From a virus, in IMG/VR virus record IMGVR_UViG_3300035670_000014, positions 1-64,000 of that record: 64,000 nt of DNA. One strand, written 5' to 3'. Numbering within the stretch: position 1 is the first letter of the stretch; each line of letters begins with the position of its first letter. The position numbers and the translations under genes were made by a program. Shown here piece by piece: positions 41,970 through 50,953 of the stretch. The notes under the pieces are model-generated. The model ran no database searches. It was not told the origin of the DNA and was given only the letters and a program-made list of their open reading frames with translations.

Positions 41970-42603
41970 TATTCAACTATCCTGGCAATCAGCTGCTGAA
42001 ATCGGTGGTGTAGTAGATCTTGTTGTTGATAATAAATCTAATTCAATAAACTCATCAGGAACCATAGCTGAAAGAACCTGGACAGAGTTATACTGGTTAA
42101 AGAACCTAGGAAGGACTATAGTCGACATAGCAGACCCTGTAGCCTATAACTGTGGGTTTTATCTTGATAAGCTTCCATCATTTGATTCTCTTGATATAAG
42201 CTTGCCAGAGATATTAAGCTGGTCAAATATTATTGACCCAGGCGATGATTTACCTTGTGGTGTTTTTACTATCTTTGGATTTGATGAGTCAAATGAAAGC
42301 TACATAGAGAAGTATTTAGATGGAGCCATTACATCTGAAGAAATGTATTTTTTCTCTCATAACTGGATTCAAGGCCAGTCAAGAATAGATCAAATACCCT
42401 TAAGTACATCAAAGCGATATTTAAATACCGCTAGCTACATTCAAAGTGATGAGCTTGAAGGAGTAGGAGAAACTTTCTCAAGTAATGAGTATGATGAAAA
42501 AGCAGGAATACTAAGAGTAATGGTTTTGATTAGAGTTCCCAGTGGAATAGAAGCTAAGAAGCTGTCATTCGTACATAAGATTGGATATGATGAAAAAGCA
42601 TGA
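41959..42603 (+). CDS. Virion structural protein (hypothetical)
   Basis: 214-aa overlapping ORF in structural cluster. Confidence 0.45.
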   Translation: MKSNIQLSWQSAAEIGGVVDLVVDNKSNSINSSGTIAERTWTELYWLKNLGRTIVDIADPVAYNCGFYLDKLPSFDSLDISLPEILSWSNIIDPGDDLPCGVFTIFGFDESNESYIEKYLDGAITSEEMYFFSHNWIQGQSRIDQIPLSTSKRYLNTASYIQSDELEGVGETFSSNEYDEKAGILRVMVLIRVPSGIEAKKLSFVHKIGYDEKA

Positions 42604-43000
42604 AGTCAATTGGACAAAATATACGGAAGACGGTAGAAGGGTTTCTAATGCTGATCTTTCTGTATTGGATAATGATACTGATCTGGTTAATCTTACAGTC
42701 TACTACAACATCACGGAATTCTCGATAGGTCTTAGTGGGAAATACAATCTGTTCCATATGTACACAATGGACACATTAAACAACTCAAAAAGTCTATGTG
42801 GTGTAAAGGTTGAGGTTTTACTAAAAGAAGAAGTAGATAATATTTACTTTAGAAGAATAGGAAGCAAAGTTCTCATTTCTTCAGATAAGGTTGAAGAGAG
42901 TCCTCTTTTTGAAGCGGCTCAAAAGCAACCAATGAAAGGAAATAAAAAAATAACAATATTCCTATATCCATCTGGCAGGATTAAATGGAGAACTAAATGA
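42581..43000 (+). CDS. Hypothetical protein
   Basis: 139-aa ORF overlapping both neighbours; start may be the ATG at 42587 or 42590. Confidence 0.45.
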   Translation: MDMMKKHEVNWTKYTEDGRRVSNADLSVLDNDTDLVNLTVYYNITEFSIGLSGKYNLFHMYTMDTLNNSKSLCGVKVEVLLKEEVDNIYFRRIGSKVLISSDKVEESPLFEAAQKQPMKGNKKITIFLYPSGRIKWRTK

Positions 43001-44568
43001 GAGCTTCCCTTAAAGAGCCTAGGACTTTAGCTGAAGTTGAAAGTCGAATACTTGAAAAGTATGAATCTCTTTTCAAGAGGGATGAGTTTTCAAGTGGTAA
43101 TAACCAGGTACAGCAAGCTAGCACAAGAGTGCTAGTAAACAGCAAAGGACTTGAGTTTCAGTTAGTCGAGCTTTTTGAAGAGTGCAAGTCTATCTCAAGA
43201 AAGATAGAAGAGCTTGCAAGTGATATATCAAATTGTAAAGACTCTAGCAGCTTTGAAATTGAAAAGCTAGAACAGAGAATTAAACTATCAAGTATAAAGA
43301 AAGAAAATAACCAGAGTAAAGCTTACTTCATAAGTCTATCTAATAACGACGAAGATTACTTTGACCTGGAAACTCAAGAGTTTAGTTCCTTTCTGATTAA
43401 AGGTGTAAATGGCTTTCTTACTTTAGAAGTAAACTCAGAAGTAGAAAGGCCTAAAGTTGCATCAATAGAAACAAGCCTGGGTGGGATCGGTTTACTGAGT
43501 GAAGCTGAGCTTAGCAACTATCTTCCCAGTGAAGTCCTGGTTAAAAGCAGCGATACTAAGAAAGTAGTTTATACTTTAAATCCTGATTTAATAAAACAGT
43601 TCTCAACAAGAATAATCCTAGATAAGCCATCACAAGTTAACTTTCTTAAGTTAAATAGTTTCCTTATACAAGACTTCAGTGATACCACTAGCTATTCACT
43701 TAATGTAAAGTTTAAGTTAAATGGAAAGCTTACGGCTGAGCAGACAGTTGCGCTCTCTTCAAGATCTACACTATATGCAGTAGACTCAGTAATATGCAAT
43801 GAAGTCCTGATTACAGGAGGCAGAGGTTTTATAACCTCTCAGCCATATACTGTTACTCTTAAAGAAAGACTACCGTCAATGCCCGATAGCGAGGCCCGGA
43901 GTCTTTTTCTTATAGAAGAAAATGAATCAAAGTTAAACTGCTATATGGTAGCAGGGGGACTTGATTTAATAAGCCTTGGCTGTGGTGAGAAGAATAATGG
44001 AGCCATAGGCATAATAGAAAGTAATATTCTCACTGGAACAAATAGCTTCATGATAGAAGGAGATGTTCCTTCCGAGAATGGAACCTATATTGATTGCATC
44101 TATGAGGAAATTGAAGTAGATGGAACTATTTCATATAGAGAAAGATTCCCGATAGCTTCAATTCTAGATGATGGACTTATTAGAGAGTATCTTACCTTGG
44201 TAGATACAACTCCATCTTTCTATTTCTATAGACCCTCTCTTAAAATTAAAAACTTCATAACTGCAACTACAGACTTTGAAGTCACTAAAAATGGAGGTTC
44301 AACATGGACTCCAATTGGAAGTGGTATTGTTGATGACTTTACATTATTAAGAATCAATCGACCACTCACGAGAGAGGAGACATTAATTACCTACGATGTA
44401 GACTACAGGGTGCCAGTAGATATTAAGAATAAGATTTCCATTGATGGCTATCGTTCATTTTCTGTTACCTCTGATGTTCCATATAGAATAAAAGTAGCAA
44501 TAAAAACTAAACCTGGAAGCATAGGCTCTCAGGTAAGAATGAATGAAATATACCTACTGGTTAAATAA
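42997..44568 (+). CDS. Baseplate/fibre protein, paralogue 1 (coiled coil plus discoidin-like domain)
   Basis: N-terminal heptads; GFLTLEV; IILDKPSQVNFLKL. Confidence 0.5.
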   Translation: MRASLKEPRTLAEVESRILEKYESLFKRDEFSSGNNQVQQASTRVLVNSKGLEFQLVELFEECKSISRKIEELASDISNCKDSSSFEIEKLEQRIKLSSIKKENNQSKAYFISLSNNDEDYFDLETQEFSSFLIKGVNGFLTLEVNSEVERPKVASIETSLGGIGLLSEAELSNYLPSEVLVKSSDTKKVVYTLNPDLIKQFSTRIILDKPSQVNFLKLNSFLIQDFSDTTSYSLNVKFKLNGKLTAEQTVALSSRSTLYAVDSVICNEVLITGGRGFITSQPYTVTLKERLPSMPDSEARSLFLIEENESKLNCYMVAGGLDLISLGCGEKNNGAIGIIESNILTGTNSFMIEGDVPSENGTYIDCIYEEIEVDGTISYRERFPIASILDDGLIREYLTLVDTTPSFYFYRPSLKIKNFITATTDFEVTKNGGSTWTPIGSGIVDDFTLLRINRPLTREETLITYDVDYRVPVDIKNKISIDGYRSFSVTSDVPYRIKVAIKTKPGSIGSQVRMNEIYLLVK

Positions 44569-47336
44569 TGGAACTGTTTCTAATAAAAGAGCTATCATTC
44601 CTGATTGAGTCTCTTCTTAATTCTAGTTCGACTTTGGAAAATAAGAGTCGTATACTAAGTCTTGTAAACATGAAGATTGACGAGATAGAGTCGCAGGAAA
44701 TCTTCTATAGGTTAAACTTATATAAGCCAGAGAATGCAAGTAAGTTTTCAAGCGGAGAAATCTTAACACTTGAAATATTGAGTGCCTATGCCAGGCAACT
44801 AATCATGCTCTCTAGTGCTCTTAACAAAGATTTAACTGAATCGTATAATCAATATCTCTATGAAAAAGAATCAATATTAAAACTAACTAGAGATTCTGAA
44901 ACTAAAATTAAAGCACTTGAAGCATATAGAGATCAAGTTAATACTTTCATAAATTTAGTTAATAGTAAGACTGACTGGCTAGTCGGGCAGTTAAATGTTG
45001 ATGATGCATTTAATGGAATCACCTTGCCAATTGTTAGAACTGAGGTTGTTACTCCAAAAGTAATTACTCCATTTCAAATAAATGGATCATCATTTGGTTT
45101 TCCTTATGATGTCAATTCTTACATTGATTCAGATGAAATAAAGTCAATAGTAGATAGTAATCCAAATACATTTTTTTCGTTTTCTAAAGTAAGAACAAGA
45201 ACATGCGAAGGTGGCTTTGAGTTTTCTTTTACAAGGCCAGAGATTATCAATGCAATAGAGATTGACCTTGTCAGTGATGGCTTTGGAAATGAAGTAAGCT
45301 TAGTAAACATAGAAGCAAAAAAGCCATCTGGCTTAAAAGAAACCATAGTAGTAAACAGAATTATAAACGGGAAAAGAATAACTGTAATTAATCCCATAGA
45401 AGTTATAAGTGTTAGACTTAACTTAAAGTCTTCTGGATCAAAAGAAATAGTAACCTCAGCAGGTCTAACTACAACTCAAGCTTCCTTTTCTGTAAAGGAA
45501 GCAAGATTAATTAGATTTACTTTTGAAACAGAAGGATCTCTTAAATCGAGAAACCTTGATGCAGCTAATTCTACTTTATTTATTAGTAAACTTGATACTG
45601 AAGAAACAAATCAGGAAGCATTCACTTCTGAAGTTATTATTAATTCAGAGCCACCTAGTAAGTTAAATCCTCTAGCTGATGATACCAATGATTTTGTAAA
45701 GACAAATTCTGTTTCTCCTGATCTAATATTAACCATAACGCGAAAAAATAGTTTTCAATTTTTAACCAATCTTACAGGAAAAGAAACTCCAACTGATACT
45801 TTATACTTAACTCGTACACCAACAGGATCAAATGCCGAAATTGTATTTGTTAATGAAGGTCTAGGACTACATAGAGTAGGGGCTTGTCAGTTAACAGGTT
45901 TAGATTTCAATAACGAATTAATGTTTCCTTTTGCTTCATCATTTGTTGACTCAACAAATAGCTACAAATACTTTGAAGTGCTAGATTACTCATTAGAACA
46001 GTTAGTAGGAAATATTAAAGTATACTCTTTAGGAAGGGAACTTTATCCAGGAATAAATGAACTGCCACTTAGCAGAGAGTACTGTATATTAAGTGGAGCA
46101 ACACCACAGATAGTGGTCAATGTATCAGATCTTCCTGATGATGGAAACTTATATGTTTCCTTTGAAAGGAAACAACCATACTGTTCCTATTCTGAAGATG
46201 GACTGGTAATAAACTTAAATGAACCAATATTTCCAGATGTTGAAACTGTAAAAGTATTCAATAAACTAAGCCCTGTTGTTTATACTGAAAGAAGTGTTTC
46301 ATCTGAAGATAGGAATTTTATTAGATTAACTAAAAAGAATATAGTGCCAGGAACAGTCAATCTCATTAACCTTGCAACCTCAACACCATTGGTTTATCAG
46401 GAAGTAGAATTCTTACCGGGTGATTTGCTAGAGAATGACAAGATATATATGAACTACAAAGATGGAGTTATATACTTTAACTACCGTGTACCTGAAGACC
46501 TACTTTGTAGATATCAATATCAAGAACTAAAAGAAGTGGAAGGAGTAAAGCTTTTAACCTCAACCAGAGACCTCGTAGAAGGGGTTCATTTGACCAATGA
46601 AAGCGTTCAAATTACAAGCACGAGGGAAGTTATAGCACTCAATGCCCAAGGCATACAGAAGCTTAAAAAAGGGCAGGTTATAAAAGGTTCCATAACAATA
46701 GAACAACCTGATTCATCTCTTAGGTTTAATGAGTTTCCATATAGAGATGGATGGGGTGAGTTTACAGATAGTAACAAAGTAAAAGTAACAGTAACAAGTA
46801 TAGTAAGAGTTGGTACTAATATATGGAAATGTAGTTTCAATGTTAATGGTGTGATTGATGCATCAGTTCCACTGGAACCTGAGTCTGAACTTCTTATGAG
46901 AGAAGTTCCTTATGCTCTTGCAGGAATATCTCTCCTAGGAATGGGAGAGTACATGGTCGACTTTGGTTCTAAGCAGATATACTTTTACTCAGAGTCAACG
47001 CCAGATTACTTTGATGTTAATGTTTCTTTTGAAATTTCTGGATCAAATGTTAGCTGGTCGTGTGATTATAAAAATGGAGTTTTATATTTTAGTAGTCCAG
47101 TAGCACTAAGTGGGTTTCTTAACTATCAAGCTTGTGAACTGGAAATTGGATATAAGCAAGCAAAGCCTTTAAAGATAAATAAAAAAACAAATGATTTTAT
47201 AGAAATAAATTATGCAGGCATAGATCAAGAGAAAGATATTATTATTGTAAAAATAATACAAGAGAAAGAAAAGCTAGAAAAGCTTATTTCATACTATAGT
47301 CCTGTAATTAAATCTCTTGTTATAGGTAGGATATGA
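44568..47336 (+). CDS. Baseplate/fibre protein, paralogue 2
   Basis: N-terminal helices; GITLPI; FSFTRPEIINAIEI; repeated Y..DY..G..YF units. Confidence 0.5.
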   Translation: MELFLIKELSFLIESLLNSSSTLENKSRILSLVNMKIDEIESQEIFYRLNLYKPENASKFSSGEILTLEILSAYARQLIMLSSALNKDLTESYNQYLYEKESILKLTRDSETKIKALEAYRDQVNTFINLVNSKTDWLVGQLNVDDAFNGITLPIVRTEVVTPKVITPFQINGSSFGFPYDVNSYIDSDEIKSIVDSNPNTFFSFSKVRTRTCEGGFEFSFTRPEIINAIEIDLVSDGFGNEVSLVNIEAKKPSGLKETIVVNRIINGKRITVINPIEVISVRLNLKSSGSKEIVTSAGLTTTQASFSVKEARLIRFTFETEGSLKSRNLDAANSTLFISKLDTEETNQEAFTSEVIINSEPPSKLNPLADDTNDFVKTNSVSPDLILTITRKNSFQFLTNLTGKETPTDTLYLTRTPTGSNAEIVFVNEGLGLHRVGACQLTGLDFNNELMFPFASSFVDSTNSYKYFEVLDYSLEQLVGNIKVYSLGRELYPGINELPLSREYCILSGATPQIVVNVSDLPDDGNLYVSFERKQPYCSYSEDGLVINLNEPIFPDVETVKVFNKLSPVVYTERSVSSEDRNFIRLTKKNIVPGTVNLINLATSTPLVYQEVEFLPGDLLENDKIYMNYKDGVIYFNYRVPEDLLCRYQYQELKEVEGVKLLTSTRDLVEGVHLTNESVQITSTREVIALNAQGIQKLKKGQVIKGSITIEQPDSSLRFNEFPYRDGWGEFTDSNKVKVTVTSIVRVGTNIWKCSFNVNGVIDASVPLEPESELLMREVPYALAGISLLGMGEYMVDFGSKQIYFYSESTPDYFDVNVSFEISGSNVSWSCDYKNGVLYFSSPVALSGFLNYQACELEIGYKQAKPLKINKKTNDFIEINYAGIDQEKDIIIVKIIQEKEKLEKLISYYSPVIKSLVIGRI

Positions 47337-49243
47337 ATAGACTTGAGTCACTATATATAAAAGAAATCTCAAGTCTTGCACTTGAAAGGTACCTTTATAA
47401 TAAGGTTTGTCCTACAGTTGAACAGGTAGAGATTCAAATAAGAGAACTACAGTCTATCTATAAAAAGATAGGTAGATCTCCATTAACTGGGCAAGTAAGA
47501 GATAGGTTTTCTCCGTTTAAAAAATCTTCACTAGAAGATATACAGAGCACAATAAATGAGCCAATCATAGACTTAACTGTTCTCAGAAAAGTAATAATTG
47601 ATGGCTATAGAGATTTAATAAATCTGCAATATGAATGGGATAGAGATTCTAAATATATAGAATCAATATTAAAAACTATAAATGAAAAGATTACCTTCCT
47701 TCTTTTTGAGGAAGGTAATAGTGAAGGATTCTTTGAATCTTTTATAGATAGATTCGAGACACTATCTTTAGTAAATCAAGTTGATACAAGTTGCTTTGTA
47801 AACACTGGTTCTGGTTTTGTATCCTTGGGCTACAAAGCAGGATTAACTCCAAAGATAGATATAAGTGGAAGTATAACTTCTATTGCTTTTGTAGGTAATA
47901 GAGGAACAGGAAGCCTAAGTTTACCACTGATAGCACAGTCGGGTAGTAGGCTTTCTTATATATTAAATGGCTCAAGGCAAGGCTATATTGCTACAGGTCA
48001 AACAAGTAGCCCAATAGACTCTGCAAGTGCAACTATAAATATACAGTTGCCAGGAGTATTTAATGTTTCAAGGGTAGAAATAGAAAGAATAAGAAGAGAG
48101 TATGGATCTACATCAATTCGATGCTTTGTAAGTTCTGATGGAATTGACTTTATTGATATGGGAAGTCAAAGCTACAGTGATAATGCAATATTTAGCTTTG
48201 GATCTCAAGAAGTTAAAGAAATAAACTTACTTATATTTAAGCCAACATACGATGCTTACTCAACAGAGAGTGGGCTATATGAATTCTTTCTAGATATGAA
48301 AGAAGTAAAGCTATTTAATGAGACAGATGCATTTGATCAAAATAAAAATACATTTAAATCTGTAAGCTATACCTCACTTAATAACTTTAATAAGGCAGCC
48401 TTAGAGGTATGTGAGGTAATAAGTGAATCTACCTCAATAGATTACTTTCTTAATGGAATACAGGTAACACCAGTAAACAAAGAAGGAAGCTACCCGAAGG
48501 TAATTCAATTCAACCCTTCCAGGGTTGAGACAAACCTTACAACAGGAACATTGATAGAAGAAGGAATTCTGAGGACAGGGGTTATAAATACTTTTGGAAT
48601 GGCAAGATTTCCATTTACTGATTCCAAAGTTTGGTGTATAAACTTAAACCTACCTAAGAGTAATCTGAAAAAAGTAAGCGTTTATAGAAACTGGAGAGAG
48701 CTATCTATAAATGAAGATGTAGAACCCTGGGCTGTATCTGGTACCTTTCTTAAAGCATATGTAAAGATAGATGAAGTCTGGACACTGAAGACAATAGAAA
48801 GAAGAAGATCAACTACAGTGTTAGGCGGGGCAACTTCTGAGTTTGATCTTAGATCTAAAGACCCACTCTTTCCTAGCAATATGAAACTTATGGCTGAGGG
48901 TTACAGGTATGGAGCAGGCTATATAGGGATAAAGCCCTATCCAGAAAGCCGGGAAATATGCGAGAAAGTTTTAACTCAAGCAATGACCTTAAATGAGTTA
49001 ACACTTGATCTTGATAATAAGTTCTATATTACAGATTATCTGGAAAGCCCGACTGAGCCTTATGTTAATATTTTAGTAGGAGAACCTGAATCGCGAGCTA
49101 CAATAGAATCAAAAGTGTTTTATGTTGTAGCTGAGTATACAACAGATGGAATTAACTCTATTGAGTTAACTGCCAAGTTTAATAGTAGAGAAGAAGGACT
49201 GTCTCCTTTATTGATTTCATATTCTATAAAAGTAGGTAACTAA
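47333..49243 (+). CDS. Baseplate/fibre protein, paralogue 3
   Basis: N-terminal helices; GFVSLGY; IQLPGVFNVSRVEI...VSSDGIDF (F5/8-like). Confidence 0.5.
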   Translation: MNRLESLYIKEISSLALERYLYNKVCPTVEQVEIQIRELQSIYKKIGRSPLTGQVRDRFSPFKKSSLEDIQSTINEPIIDLTVLRKVIIDGYRDLINLQYEWDRDSKYIESILKTINEKITFLLFEEGNSEGFFESFIDRFETLSLVNQVDTSCFVNTGSGFVSLGYKAGLTPKIDISGSITSIAFVGNRGTGSLSLPLIAQSGSRLSYILNGSRQGYIATGQTSSPIDSASATINIQLPGVFNVSRVEIERIRREYGSTSIRCFVSSDGIDFIDMGSQSYSDNAIFSFGSQEVKEINLLIFKPTYDAYSTESGLYEFFLDMKEVKLFNETDAFDQNKNTFKSVSYTSLNNFNKAALEVCEVISESTSIDYFLNGIQVTPVNKEGSYPKVIQFNPSRVETNLTTGTLIEEGILRTGVINTFGMARFPFTDSKVWCINLNLPKSNLKKVSVYRNWRELSINEDVEPWAVSGTFLKAYVKIDEVWTLKTIERRRSTTVLGGATSEFDLRSKDPLFPSNMKLMAEGYRYGAGYIGIKPYPESREICEKVLTQAMTLNELTLDLDNKFYITDYLESPTEPYVNILVGEPESRATIESKVFYVVAEYTTDGINSIELTAKFNSREEGLSPLLISYSIKVGN

Positions 49244-50616
49244 TGGCTACAGGAGATAAAATTGGAGGCATGAGCCTTGGCTCATCTGTAAAAACAAATG
49301 CCTCCATAGCAGAAAGGTTCTTTAATAGTTACATATCAAATGTAACTTCAAAGATCAATGAAATAGTTCATTTTGTCTATGCTTATGATTCTTCAGGGAA
49401 AGGCGGCGTACTAAATACACCAACAGATCCAAGATATACCTTAGGCATTAACTTCTCAACAGAGAAAGGTATAAGTCCTATTTCATCTGGTATAGACGGA
49501 ACTAGTATCTATACTTTCTCAAGTACAGAGATGATAGCAGGAAAGAAAGCGTATGAAACGCTAAATCCTGTATTCTGGAAACAGGATTCACTATCTCCTT
49601 CCAGTACAAGGCCCAGGACTATTTACGAGACATTCCTTTCAGTGATGTCAAGATTTGATTCTCAGCTAGAAGCTATAAGGAGTCAAATAGTAGTTAGCTC
49701 TTCTCCAGGTGGAGTAAGCGAATATACAAAAGCTTTCATAGGCCAGGAAGCATTTAGTCCGACTGGAATAAATGCCACAGCATCAATGGCCTATAGGATT
49801 AATTATTTATCAGCCAAAATAAATGAAATAAAAGAAGATGTATACGGAGACCAGCATAACCTTAGAAGTGGGCTGGATAATACTGGGCAGTCAGTATGGT
49901 CCTTGTTACAAATAGTTGATACCCTACTTGAGCTACATGGTGGAGCGGATTACATGTCAGAGTATACATGGGAAAACCCCATAGTACTAAATCATGATTC
50001 CGTAGAAGATTTAATTACTGAAGCTATTACTGAAGTTGACGATAGAATTTCGGATTTAGAATCTAGTATTGCTGTAGTAAAAAGCGGGATAGAGGGAAAT
50101 CTATCCGTGATGGGTATTCAAGATTTATTCCTTCAAGCCTCAAGTAATCATTTAGAAAATACTTATGGAGTAGATCCACCTAGTAATGTCGGTCCGATAG
50201 ATGACTGGAATCCCTCAGTTGGAGTATTACTTGGTTTATTTACAAGATTAACTACTCTGGTAAGCACAACACTAAACTTTAGTACCTCAGCATTAACATC
50301 AATAGATAGTAATTATAGTGTACAAGTTGTCCCTGCTGCATCATCTCCATCTGTAAGATCTCTAATAGTAGATGAAGGAAATGATGAAGTAAAGAATTTT
50401 ATAACACTCTTTCTTGTAGCGCCTAAAGGAAGTGGGGATAATTTTGAGTTTAGCTTAAAAAATGGAGCAACTACGACCTTGATGCATACTTGTAATAACA
50501 CAACCACTTTTAGTTTGATTGTGTTAATTAGGGTTTGGGATTCAGCTCTTGGAAAGTCTAAATATTCCTCTATTAAGTTTGATGATTTAAAAATGATTGC
50601 TAACGCCTGGACTTAA
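49243..50616 (+). CDS. Fibre/whisker-like virion protein
   Basis: 457 aa with central coiled-coil segments; upstream of fibre genes. Confidence 0.45.
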   Translation: MATGDKIGGMSLGSSVKTNASIAERFFNSYISNVTSKINEIVHFVYAYDSSGKGGVLNTPTDPRYTLGINFSTEKGISPISSGIDGTSIYTFSSTEMIAGKKAYETLNPVFWKQDSLSPSSTRPRTIYETFLSVMSRFDSQLEAIRSQIVVSSSPGGVSEYTKAFIGQEAFSPTGINATASMAYRINYLSAKINEIKEDVYGDQHNLRSGLDNTGQSVWSLLQIVDTLLELHGGADYMSEYTWENPIVLNHDSVEDLITEAITEVDDRISDLESSIAVVKSGIEGNLSVMGIQDLFLQASSNHLENTYGVDPPSNVGPIDDWNPSVGVLLGLFTRLTTLVSTTLNFSTSALTSIDSNYSVQVVPAASSPSVRSLIVDEGNDEVKNFITLFLVAPKGSGDNFEFSLKNGATTTLMHTCNNTTTFSLIVLIRVWDSALGKSKYSSIKFDDLKMIANAWT

Positions 50617-50617
50617 T

Positions 50618-50953
50618 ATGCCATATCATTATCTAAATAATACAGATATATCTGGAGGAGGTGGTGGTGGAGGTACACTTGGTGTAGCCACTGTTTGGGC
50701 CACTGCTCCAACTATTACATTCCCGACTACCTCTCTAAGAGATGGAGATATATTCTCAGCAGACTCCTTAGGATTTACAGGATCAAGTGGAACTTTTAGA
50801 TATGACCTGGATGCTGGTATCTGGTTTCTTATATATGGAGTATTTGCAACAGAAGCAGATATGACTTCCTTTACTACTGATGTAGACAATGACATAGCAG
50901 AAGATGCAGTTCTAATTGTAAGTTCTGACCTATCAGGAGACTTAATCTCATGA
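50618..50953 (+). CDS. Small fibre-associated protein carrying one fibre repeat unit
   Basis: Likely ATG at 50618; poly-Gly; SSGTFRY...WFLIYGVFATEADM resembles repeats of next gene. Confidence 0.55.
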   Translation: MPYHYLNNTDISGGGGGGGTLGVATVWATAPTITFPTTSLRDGDIFSADSLGFTGSSGTFRYDLDAGIWFLIYGVFATEADMTSFTTDVDNDIAEDAVLIVSSDLSGDLIS

